Below, piece by piece: positions 55,828 through 64,000 of a stretch of 64,000 nucleotides of DNA; positions within the stretch are counted from its first letter, which is position 1; the number at the start of each line of letters is the position of its first letter. The stretch is taken from positions 1,088,001-1,152,000 of the forward strand of contig CAWGVS010000006.1 in the NCBI GenBank assembly GCA_963826115.1, given 5' to 3'. The notes beneath the pieces are model-generated. The model saw only the letters and a program-made list of their open reading frames with translations. It had not been told where the DNA came from and did no database searches. The stretch comes from an uncultured Candidatus Rokubacteria bacterium (lineage in GTDB: Bacteria; Methylomirabilota; Methylomirabilia; Rokubacteriales; DASRDR01). The translations under genes were made by a program, and so were the position numbers.

Positions 55828-58800
55828 GCCGCCCGGCCGCCGGCGACCTCGCCCCGCTCGTCGACCACGACGCGCGCCGCCGCGCGACCGACGACCTCGA
55901 CACCTCGTTCCTGGTCGAGGCCGCCGCCGGCAGCGGGAAGACGACGCTGCTCCTCGGCCGCATCGTGAACCTCGTCCGGCAGGGCCGGGCGCGTCTCGCG
56001 GAGATCGCGGCCGTCACCTTCACCGAGAAGGCGGCCGCAGACCTCCGGATCCGTCTCCGCGGGGCGCTCGCCCGCGCCGAGCTCCACGAGGCGCTGCGCG
56101 AGCTCGAGAGCGCCCGGATCGGCACGATCCACGCGTTCGCCGCGGGCCTGCTCCGCGAGCGCCCCGTCGAGGCCGGCGTCGACCCGGGCTTCACGGTGGC
56201 CGATCCGCTGACCTCGCGCCTCCTGCTCGACCGCACGTGGGAGACCTGGCTGCCGGAGACTCTCGCGGATCCGGCCACGGCGGACGCGGTGCGGCAGGCG
56301 ATCGAGCGCGGCTTTGGGCTCGAGCGGCTCCGCGACCTGGCCTTCGCGCTCGTGGACGCGCGGGACCGGCTCGGCGGGCTGCCGGATCCCGCGCCGTTCG
56401 CCGAGGCCCCGGCGGCCTTGAACGCGGACGTCCGCGCGACCATCGAGCGCCTGGCGGACCTGGCGCGCGGCGCCGTCAAGGACCCGGAGGACCGGGCGGC
56501 GAGCGCGCTCGAGGACCTGGCGAGCTGGGTGCGCCAGACCGCGGGGCTCGCCGAGGCGGACCAGGTGAGCGCGCTCCTCGGGCCGGGCCGGCTCCCCGAG
56601 AAGCCCGAGCGGCTCGGCAACAAGGCGAAGTGGCGCAACAAGAGCGCGCTGGAGGAGTGCCGCGCGGGACTGATCGCGCTCCGCGATCGGGTCGAGGCCG
56701 CCCGGGCGGTCGCGCGCCACAATCTCGTCGCGGGCCTCGCCCGCTGGGCGGCGGGTTTCGTCGGCGCCTTCGATCGGGCCAAGGCGCGGGCGGGGTGTCT
56801 CGACTTCCTCGATCTCCTGCTGCGGGCTCGCGACCTGGTGCGCGACCGGCCGGACGTCCGGCGCGACTTCCAGCGCGGGATCCGCTACCTCCTGGTCGAC
56901 GAGTTCCAGGACACGGACCCCCTCCAGCTCGAGATGGTGCTGAGCCTGGCGGAGGGCGCGCCCCCCGGGAGCCTCTTCGTCGTCGGCGACCCGAAGCAGA
57001 GCATCTATCGATTCCGGCGCGCGGACATCGAGACCTACGAGGAGGCGAAGGGGACCCTCGGCGGACGCGGTGAGGTCCTGACCATCCGCGCGAACTTCCG
57101 TAGCGCGCAGGGGCTCCTCGACGCGGTCAACCAGGTGTTCGAGGGGGTGATGGTCCCGCCGCCGGACGGCGCCTACCAGCCGGCGTACGTGGCGCTCGAA
57201 CCCTCGCCGCGCACCGGGCCGGGCGGACCTCCGGTCGTGCTCGCGCCGCCGCCCGAGGCGCCGCCGCCCATGAGCGCCGGCGAGGCCGCCCAGGAGGAGG
57301 CCCGGCTCGTCGCCGCGTACCTCGTCCGCGAGGTGGAGCACGCGCGGCGGTTCCGCTACGGCGACGTCGCGCTCCTGTTCCGCGCGATGACCAACGTGGT
57401 CGCGTACGAGGACGCGCTCCGGGCGGCCGGCATCCCGTTCCGCACCGTCGGTGGCCGCCACTACTACGACCGGTCGGAGGTGGGCTGGACGATCGCGGCG
57501 CTGGCGGCGATCGAGGATCCCCACGACCCGGTGGCGCTCCTGGGCGCGCTCCGGTCGCCCTTCTTCGGCGTCACCGACGAGGCGCTCCTCCGTCTCCACG
57601 AGCGGGGCGGGGAGTTCTGCTACCTCCGGCCGCTGCCGCCCGACGCCGATCCGGCGCTCGCCGACGCGTGGGGACTCCTCCGCACGCTTCACCGCGAGCG
57701 GAACGCGCTCGCGCCGGCCGCGGTGATCGAGCGGCTCCTCGCGGGCACCCAGGTCCTCGCCGCGTACGCGCTCGAGCCACAGGGCGAGGCGCGCGTCGCC
57801 AACCTACTGAAGGTCCTCGACACCGCGCGGGCGCTCGAGGCCACGGGCGCCCTCACGTTCCGCGGACTCGTCCGGTGGCTGCGCGACCGCGGCGCGGCCC
57901 GCTACGAGGAGGAGGAGTCGGCGGTCGATGCCGACGACGCGGTCCGCCTCATGACGATCCACAAGGCCAAGGGCCTCGAGTTCCCGGTGGTCGTCGTGCC
58001 GGACCTCGGACGCGAGGGCCCGTGGCGGCCCCCCGTGCTCCTGGCGGACCGCGAGTCCGGCCGCCTCGCGGTGAACCTGGGGAGCCTGGGCGACGCGGCG
58101 ATGACGACGCTCGACTGGGCCGACGTCGAGGCGCGGGAGATGCAGCGCGTGGACGCCGAGGCGCTGCGCGTGCTCTACGTCGCCCTGACGCGCGGCGAGC
58201 GGGAGCTCGTCCTGCCGGTGCCGACGCGGCCCGAGGGGAAGGGCTTCTTCCAGTACCTCGGCGCGCTCCTCGCCGTCCCGACGGACGTCCTCACCCGCGA
58301 GGACCTCGAGCGCGCCGGCCGCGGCCCGGAGCCGCCGCCCTCGACCGAGAGCGTCGTGGAGAGCCTCGACGCCTGGCGGGATCGTCATCGGGCGCTGATC
58401 GCCCGGGGTGGCGCACCCGCGCCGCCTGCCGAGGACGCGGCTCGACCGGCCCGCCTCGCCCGGGCGGCCCGCCAGCGCGCGGCGGCGGCCGCGCTGGCCC
58501 GCGCCGCGTTCCTTCTCCTCGATCTCGACCGGCCCGGAGACGCGCCGGCCGTCGTCCAGGCGCTCGGGACGCGGCGGGGCGCGCGGCCGGACGTGGTGGC
58601 CGAGGCCGCGCGGCTCCTCCGGGCGGCGCTCGCCGGATCGGTGATCGCGCGAGCCCGCGGCGCGACGTGGGTGGGGCGCGACGTGCCCGTCACGGTCGAG
58701 GTCGACGGCGCGATCGTCGAGGACCGGCTCGACCTCGTGCTCGAAGAGCCGGGTGGACTCGTGGTCGTACGGCTCGCGACTCCGGGCGAGGTCCCGCCGC

Positions 58801-58901
58801 GTCTGCCGGCGGAGGCGCTCGGGCCGGCGCTCGGCCGCCCCGTGCTGGACGTGCTGACCCTGGACCTCGCCGGGACGACCGGGGCCGCCGCGCCCGCCTA
58901 G
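55824..58901 (+). CDS. addA: AddA/RexA-like UvrD helicase
   Basis: AAAGSGKT, TFTEKAA, VDEFQDT, GDPKQSIYRFR, MTIHKAKGLEF, LYVALTR; GTG overlaps addB stop. Confidence 0.85.
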   Translation: MSRPAAGDLAPLVDHDARRRATDDLDTSFLVEAAAGSGKTTLLLGRIVNLVRQGRARLAEIAAVTFTEKAAADLRIRLRGALARAELHEALRELESARIGTIHAFAAGLLRERPVEAGVDPGFTVADPLTSRLLLDRTWETWLPETLADPATADAVRQAIERGFGLERLRDLAFALVDARDRLGGLPDPAPFAEAPAALNADVRATIERLADLARGAVKDPEDRAASALEDLASWVRQTAGLAEADQVSALLGPGRLPEKPERLGNKAKWRNKSALEECRAGLIALRDRVEAARAVARHNLVAGLARWAAGFVGAFDRAKARAGCLDFLDLLLRARDLVRDRPDVRRDFQRGIRYLLVDEFQDTDPLQLEMVLSLAEGAPPGSLFVVGDPKQSIYRFRRADIETYEEAKGTLGGRGEVLTIRANFRSAQGLLDAVNQVFEGVMVPPPDGAYQPAYVALEPSPRTGPGGPPVVLAPPPEAPPPMSAGEAAQEEARLVAAYLVREVEHARRFRYGDVALLFRAMTNVVAYEDALRAAGIPFRTVGGRHYYDRSEVGWTIAALAAIEDPHDPVALLGALRSPFFGVTDEALLRLHERGGEFCYLRPLPPDADPALADAWGLLRTLHRERNALAPAAVIERLLAGTQVLAAYALEPQGEARVANLLKVLDTARALEATGALTFRGLVRWLRDRGAARYEEEESAVDADDAVRLMTIHKAKGLEFPVVVVPDLGREGPWRPPVLLADRESGRLAVNLGSLGDAAMTTLDWADVEAREMQRVDAEALRVLYVALTRGERELVLPVPTRPEGKGFFQYLGALLAVPTDVLTREDLERAGRGPEPPPSTESVVESLDAWRDRHRALIARGGAPAPPAEDAARPARLARAARQRAAAAALARAAFLLLDLDRPGDAPAVVQALGTRRGARPDVVAEAARLLRAALAGSVIARARGATWVGRDVPVTVEVDGAIVEDRLDLVLEEPGGLVVVRLATPGEVPPRLPAEALGPALGRPVLDVLTLDLAGTTGAAAPA

Positions 58902-60403
58902 ACGACGCCGGCCGAGACGGGCTGGCGAGGCCGCGGCGACGCGCCGAGGCGCGCGAGGGCCTGGTCCACCGCGCGCCCGAGCCGCCGCGCGCCCTCGACG
59001 ATCCGATCGGGCGGCAGCGCCGCGTAGCAGAGCCGGACGTGGTCCGTGCCCCCGCCGTTCGGGCTGAAGGCCGATCCGGACCGCACGCCGACGCCGTGCT
59101 CGAGCGCGATCGGATGGAGCGCGTCAGAGGTGAGGGGCGGCGGCAGCGTGGCCCACAGGTAGTACGAGCCGCCGGGCACACGGAAGCGAAGCCGCGGGCA
59201 GTGCTGGCGGAGCCCGTTGATGAGCGCGTCGCGCCGCGCGCGGCACTCGACGCGGAGCCGGGCCAGGTGCCGCTCCGCGTGGGGGCTTCCGATGAACGCC
59301 GCCGCCAGGCGCTGCGTGAGCGCGGCGGTGTGGAGATCCTCGAAGGTCTTCGCGACGGTCAGCGCCGCCATCGCCGGGATCGGCGCGACGAGCCAGCCCA
59401 CGCGGAGGCCGGGGAGGCCGAGCTTCGACCCGCCGCCCTGATAGATGACGACGCCGGCCGCGTCCTGGGCCTTGAGCGACGGCGGCGGCTCCTGCTCGAA
59501 GAAGAGGTCCCCGTAGAGATCGCTCTCCACCACCGGCACCCGGTACTGGAGCGCGAGCTCCAGCACTCGGCGGCGGCGCTCCGCGGTCAGCACCGCGCCC
59601 GTCGGATTCTGGAAGGCCGGGATCAGGTAGACGAGCTTCGGCCGGTAGCGGGCCAGCGCCTCTTCCAGGGCGTCGACGCGGACGCCGTCGTGGTCCACCG
59701 GCAGACCGACGACGTCGGCGCCCGCCCACCGGAAGGTGAGGAAGGCGCCGGGGTAGGTCGGATTCTCGGTCAGGACCACGTCGCCCGGCGTGATGAAGGC
59801 GCGGGAGATGACGTTGAGCCCCTGCTGGCCTCCGGTGGTGACCAGGATCTCCTCGGGCGCCGCGCGGATCCCACGGGAGCGGAGCCAGCCCGAGAGCGTC
59901 TCCCGGAGGACGGGGTCGCCCCACGCCGGCGCCGGGTTGTAGAGCACGCCATCGCCGCGGGGCAGGGCGTCCAGCAAGGCGTCGAGCGTCTCCACGGGAT
60001 AGAGATGGGGGTCGGGAAGCCCGTTGCCGAAGCCGACCACGTCGGGCCCGTCCGGCGCGGTGTACGCGACCTGCATGCCCTGGACCGCGACCGAGGTGAT
60101 GCGTTGCGCCCACGGGAGCGCCGCGTGCCGGGAGTCGGGCGGCGTGCCCACCACGATCGTTCCCCGGCCCACGTGCCCGCGGAGGATGCCCCGCGCCTGG
60201 AGCTCCTGGTAGGCCCCCGTCACGGTCGTCCGGCTGACCTCGAGCTCTAAGGCCAATTCTCGCTCGGCAGGGAGCCGATCGCCGATCCTGAGGCGCCCGG
60301 CCCGGAGCGCCTCCTCGATGGCATGGGCTACCTGGAGGTAGAGCGGCTCGCCGGAGCCGGCATCAGGACGCTCAATCAATGGCTCATTGCGGGGCTGTTT
60401 CAT
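58898..60403 (-). CDS. MocR/GabR family regulator (GntR HTH + PLP aminotransferase domain)
   Basis: LPAERELA..L.VSRTTV..AY, FQNPTG, SKLGLPGLRVG. Confidence 0.92.
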   Translation of the reverse strand: MKQPRNEPLIERPDAGSGEPLYLQVAHAIEEALRAGRLRIGDRLPAERELALELEVSRTTVTGAYQELQARGILRGHVGRGTIVVGTPPDSRHAALPWAQRITSVAVQGMQVAYTAPDGPDVVGFGNGLPDPHLYPVETLDALLDALPRGDGVLYNPAPAWGDPVLRETLSGWLRSRGIRAAPEEILVTTGGQQGLNVISRAFITPGDVVLTENPTYPGAFLTFRWAGADVVGLPVDHDGVRVDALEEALARYRPKLVYLIPAFQNPTGAVLTAERRRRVLELALQYRVPVVESDLYGDLFFEQEPPPSLKAQDAAGVVIYQGGGSKLGLPGLRVGWLVAPIPAMAALTVAKTFEDLHTAALTQRLAAAFIGSPHAERHLARLRVECRARRDALINGLRQHCPRLRFRVPGGSYYLWATLPPPLTSDALHPIALEHGVGVRSGSAFSPNGGGTDHVRLCYAALPPDRIVEGARRLGRAVDQALARLGASPRPRQPVSAGVV

Positions 60404-60484
60404 TGGACCATCCCCCTCCGCGGCGCTGCCGCAGCGCTCCTGAACGGGACCCGAGCTGGTCGCGCCTCACATTGCCACTATACG

Positions 60485-60534
60485 TCCAATTGACTTGATT
60501 GGATATTGCCACTCGCGGGAGCATACCATACCCT
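60485..60534 (+). promoter_or_regulatory. Putative MocR operator and adjacent sigma70 promoter
   Basis: TCCAAT-N7-ATTGGA inverted repeat; TTGCCA-17-TACCCT. Confidence 0.5.
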
Positions 60535-60557
60535 CGAGTGCGAAGGGGGATACCAAG

Positions 60558-60770
60558 ATGATCGAGTCCAGTGTGATGGTCGACGTTCTGATCCGCGAGC
60601 GGGAGGCCGAGCTCCGGCAGCTCGCCCTGCGGCGCGCCGCGATGCGGGGGGCCACGCCCGAGCCCCGGCACTCGCTCCGCGAGCGCCTCGGGTACACGCT
60701 CATCCAGGCGGGGCGCGCGCTGCTCCGGCACGGCCCCGCGTACGCGACGGCTCGCCGCCGTCTCGCGTGA
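60558..60770 (+). CDS. Small Arg-rich hypothetical protein (70 aa)
   Basis: AAGGGGG SD; divergent from mocR. Confidence 0.65.
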   Translation: MIESSVMVDVLIREREAELRQLALRRAAMRGATPEPRHSLRERLGYTLIQAGRALLRHGPAYATARRRLA

Positions 60771-60783
60771 GGGGGAGGCTCCG

Positions 60784-61173
60784 ATGACGGTCCTGGCTAA
60801 CATGCTCTCGCTGATGCTGGCGTGTGTCGTGGGTGTCGGGCCGATCGCGGTCCTGGCGGCGATGCTGAACCGCCGGGACCGCCGGGCGGACGCGCTGTTT
60901 CACGAGGCCGCGAAGCAGCTACCGTCCGAGGCCCTCAGGAGCGACGTCGCCCTGGCGGTCCGCTGCGGCCTGTTCGCGCGCCGCGCCACCGTGCAGCTCG
61001 ACCTCGGCCGCGCCACGTCGCCGCAGATCTGGGAAACGGCCGCCCGGCTCCGGCGGGCGCTGCCGGCCTGGGTGAGCCTCGAGGTGGACGGGCACGTGGA
61101 CGGGCCGCTGGCCGGCCCGCGCCCGCTGCACATCACGGTGGAGAGCCCCGAGACGCTCCGCCGCGCCGCGTAG
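60784..61173 (+). CDS. Hypothetical protein with N-terminal TM helix
   Basis: GGAGG SD; followed by terminator. Confidence 0.65.
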   Translation: MTVLANMLSLMLACVVGVGPIAVLAAMLNRRDRRADALFHEAAKQLPSEALRSDVALAVRCGLFARRATVQLDLGRATSPQIWETAARLRRALPAWVSLEVDGHVDGPLAGPRPLHITVESPETLRRAA

Positions 61174-61194
61174 TCCCGTCTTCTTCCTCGGTCC

Positions 61195-61236
61195 CGGCGC
61201 CGTCCCGCCTCGCGCGGGGCGGCGCCGCGGCTTTTT
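61195..61236 (+). terminator. Rho-independent terminator
   Basis: CGGCGCCGTCCCGC..GCGGGGCGGCGCCG stem followed by TTTTT. Confidence 0.7.
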
Positions 61237-61561
61237 GCCCGCCCGTCGTTCGCAGTTCTGCGGACGCGCGTCTCAAGTTTGAGTCGCAGCGCGCCCGGGG
61301 AGGCAGGCCCGGTCACGCTCCCGAGCGGCTCCGGCCGGGCGTGGGGCGATCGTGAACGCCCAGCATTCACGCGCCCGCGCGCCGGCCGCGCCGCCGCCGC
61401 GCTCGCCGAGCGTCCTCTCCGCGCCGCCGACGGCATCTTCGTTGCACACCACGAGGACGCGATGGATCGTCGGTGACCGGGATTCTCCTCCGCCGGCGCT
61501 GCCGGCGGCGGTTCCGGGCGACGGCCACGAGCCCTTCGAACGACCGCAGAGAAAGGTGAGC

Positions 61562-63541
61562 ATGCGAACACTGGGACCGCGCCTGGCTGTCGCGGGACTT
61601 TTCCTGACGTCGATCGTCGCCCTCGGGGCTCGCCCGACGGCGGCGCAGGTGCCGCCCCTGTCGTCACTGACGGTGCCGCGCCCCTCCGGCCTGGCCGACT
61701 TCGTCCGTGACGAGCGCGCCCTCAAGGTCCTCGGCAAGGCGCTGTTCTGGGACATGCAGGTGGGCAGCGACGGCGTGCAGGCGTGCGCGACCTGCCACTT
61801 CCGAGCCGGCGCGGACGCCCGCGCCAAGAACCAGGTGAGCCCGGGCCTGCTTCGAGTCATCTTCCAGCCGGACGAGGACGGCGTGGGCATGGTCGCGGTT
61901 CCGGCCTCCGACCTCACGTTCGGGGGCCAGGGCCCGAACTACACGCTGAGCCATTCGGACTTCCCGTTCCGCCGGCACAACACGCCGAGAAACCGCGACT
62001 CCGGCATCGCCTACGATTCGAACAACGTGGTGTCCTCGCAGGGCGTCCACTACGAGCTCTACGACGCGAGCGGTGCGCCGGCCCCCGACCCCGACGGCTT
62101 CCGCGTCGGCCAGGGGACCCGCGCCGCCAACGTCCGCCGCGTCGAGCCGCGCAACACGCCGACGATGATCAACGCCGTCTTCAACCACCGGAACTTCTGG
62201 GACATGCGCGCCCAGAACCTGTTCAACGGCGTCAACCCGTTCGGCGACCGCGACCCCGACGCGTTCCTCTACAGCGCGACCGCCCCCCTCAACCCGCAGC
62301 GGGTGCAGGTGATCCTCAACAACTCGAGCCTCGCCTCCCAGGCGGTGGGCCCGCCGACGAACCGGTTCGAGATGTCGGCGGACGGGCGGACGTTCCCCGA
62401 CGTGAAGCGCGAGCTGAGTCGCCGCAATCGCGGGATCGCCCGGCGGATCCTGGCCAACCGTCCCCTCCTGCTCCAGCTCGTCGCCCGCGACGACAGCCTG
62501 CTCGGCGCCTACAGCCGCGCGCCGCTCCGCGGCCTGAACGTCACGTACGACGCGCTCATCCGGCAGGCGTTCCGGCCGCGCTGGTGGAGCTCGCCGCGGT
62601 TCATCCAGGTCGCGGCGGACGGCACCACCACGGTCGTCAACCAGCGGGACACGAACCCGGCCACCGACGAGTTCACGCTGACGGAGTACAACTTCTCGCT
62701 CTTCTTCGGCCTGGCGGTCCAGGCCTACGAGTCGACGCTCGTGTCCGACGACACGCCCTTCGACCGGTTCCTCAGGGACGCGGCGGCCAACCCGCTCTCC
62801 CCGGCAGCCGAGCGGGGGCGCCAGGTCTTCTTCAACGTGAACCCCGCGCCGGCCGCGCGCGGCAACTGCGCCTTCTGTCACTCCGGCTCGCTCCTCAGCG
62901 AGGCGTCGGTCGCCACGATTGAGGCGAGCGGGATGACCCGCACCGCGAACGGCGTGGACGGGGTGCCGCAGCTGAGCGACCGCGGCACGCGCAACATCGG
63001 CGTCCGGGAAACGACCGAGGACCCTGGCAACGGTGGCCTCGACCCGTCCGGCCACTCCTTGTCCGTGGCGGTCCGCGACTCGCCGGCGGGCACGGTGGTG
63101 GCCGCCGACGGCACCTTCAAGATCCCGGGGCTCCGCAACGTCGAGCTCACCGCCCCGTACTTCCACAACGGCGGCGAGGCGACGCTACTGGACGTCGTGA
63201 ACTTCTACGCCCGCGGCGGGAACCTGGGCGGGATCAACACGATCGTCACCCGCGACGGGACGCCGATCGTCGGACTCTCGGTCCTGAGCTTCAACGACTC
63301 GGCGGACGCCGACCAGGTGCGCGCCGACCTCGTGGAGTTCCTCAAGTCCCTGACGGACGAGCGGGTCCGGAGCGCCGCCGCGCCGTTCGACCACCCGCAG
63401 ATCTTCGTCCCGAACGGGCACCCGGGCAACACGAGCGCGGTCCTCCAGCGGGACGGACGGGCCGTCGACACGTTCCTCGAGATCCCGGCCACCGGCCAGA
63501 ACGGAGGGCCCGTCCTGCCGGGGTTCCTGGAAGACGACTGA
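61562..63541 (+). CDS. Di-heme cytochrome c peroxidase / MauG superfamily protein with large insertions
   Basis: Signal peptide; LGKALFWD, CATCH, RNTPT, FWD.RA, CAFCH, FK.PGLRNVELTAPYFHNG. Confidence 0.88.
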   Translation: MRTLGPRLAVAGLFLTSIVALGARPTAAQVPPLSSLTVPRPSGLADFVRDERALKVLGKALFWDMQVGSDGVQACATCHFRAGADARAKNQVSPGLLRVIFQPDEDGVGMVAVPASDLTFGGQGPNYTLSHSDFPFRRHNTPRNRDSGIAYDSNNVVSSQGVHYELYDASGAPAPDPDGFRVGQGTRAANVRRVEPRNTPTMINAVFNHRNFWDMRAQNLFNGVNPFGDRDPDAFLYSATAPLNPQRVQVILNNSSLASQAVGPPTNRFEMSADGRTFPDVKRELSRRNRGIARRILANRPLLLQLVARDDSLLGAYSRAPLRGLNVTYDALIRQAFRPRWWSSPRFIQVAADGTTTVVNQRDTNPATDEFTLTEYNFSLFFGLAVQAYESTLVSDDTPFDRFLRDAAANPLSPAAERGRQVFFNVNPAPAARGNCAFCHSGSLLSEASVATIEASGMTRTANGVDGVPQLSDRGTRNIGVRETTEDPGNGGLDPSGHSLSVAVRDSPAGTVVAADGTFKIPGLRNVELTAPYFHNGGEATLLDVVNFYARGGNLGGINTIVTRDGTPIVGLSVLSFNDSADADQVRADLVEFLKSLTDERVRSAAAPFDHPQIFVPNGHPGNTSAVLQRDGRAVDTFLEIPATGQNGGPVLPGFLEDD

Positions 63542-63567
63542 TCGGCCGGTCGCGCGCGGGGACGCCA

Positions 63568-63596
63568 GCGGGCCGCGGCGCGAGGCCGCGGCCCGC
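63568..63596. terminator. Hairpin between convergent genes
   Basis: GCGGGCCGCGGC-GCGAG-GCCGCGGCCCGC. Confidence 0.55.
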
Positions 63597-63601
63597 CTCG
63601 C

Positions 63602-64000
63602 TCAGAAGCGGCTGCAGACCTTCCCGAAGTGCTGGCCGGCGGGCAAGGCCTTGATGGCCTCGCCCACCTGCTCGAACTCGAAGAGTCGGTCGTCCACGGG
63701 CGGCACCGTCCCGTGGAGCTCCATGGCGCGGACCATGTCCTCGAAGGTCTCGCGGCTGCCCACCGTGATTCCCTGGAGGCGGATGTCCTGCGTGACCACC
63801 GGTCCGAGGTTGATCTGGGCCGTCGCGCCAGCCAGGACGCCGATCAGCGCCAGCGTGCCGCTCGTCCGCACCGATCGGATCGAGGCGTCGAGAGTGCCGG
63901 CCACCTCGACCACGAGGTCGACGCCCAGGCCCCCCGTGATCTCGCGCGCCACCTTGTGCCAGTCGGGCTTCGTCTTGTAGTTGACGACGTGGTCCGCGCC
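63602..64000 (-). CDS. MDR-family NAD(P)-dependent alcohol dehydrogenase, C-terminal part (5'-truncated by window)
   Basis: GADHVVNYK, GVDLVVEV, GI.VGS, HFGKV. Confidence 0.85.
   Translation of the reverse strand, partial: GADHVVNYKTKPDWHKVAREITGGLGVDLVVEVAGTLDASIRSVRTSGTLALIGVLAGATAQINLGPVVTQDIRLQGITVGSRETFEDMVRAMELHGTVPPVDDRLFEFEQVGEAIKALPAGQHFGKVCSRF

Noticed and set aside
53481-58901. 1806-aa ORF
   Set aside because: The first ~780 aa are an off-frame shadow of addB; helicase motifs begin after GTG 55824
1-64000. CRISPR arrays, tRNA/rRNA, IS elements, prophage or defence genes
   Set aside because: No regularly spaced repeats, RNA gene signatures, transposase or integrase motifs seen; the helicase-nuclease pair is housekeeping AddAB

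Overview
Very GC-rich (visually >70%), densely coding bacterial chromosome segment. The gene content and style resemble Candidatus Rokubacteria (Methylomirabilota), which is an inference only. I found no rRNA, tRNA, CRISPR array, transposase or phage gene. About 56 genes are supportable: pilT/pilU, a fabF-acp-fabF-like trio fused into one operon with three histidine-kinase-family genes, ampG-nagZ, pduO, a cupin-LLM-HAD-molybdoenzyme operon, a branched-chain-type ABC transporter with an inserted large periplasmic protein, an AOR-family oxidoreductase, a pilin, an internally deleted Nramp, yjbQ, an amidohydrolase, an SBP5/adenylating enzyme/LLM set, a membrane class III cyclase, addAB, a MocR regulator and a di-heme peroxidase. 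The best candidate for an undescribed system is the translationally coupled KS-ACP-atypical KS + 7TM kinase + pseudokinase + hybrid kinase operon (3283-12805), a possible lipid-signal synthesis and sensing module. Second is a small leader ORF ending in RGPP upstream of yjbQ-Nramp, a candidate ribosome-arrest peptide. Many genes also appear to be transcribed leaderless. Start codons were re-picked by eye, and all family calls are motif recognition without database searches.
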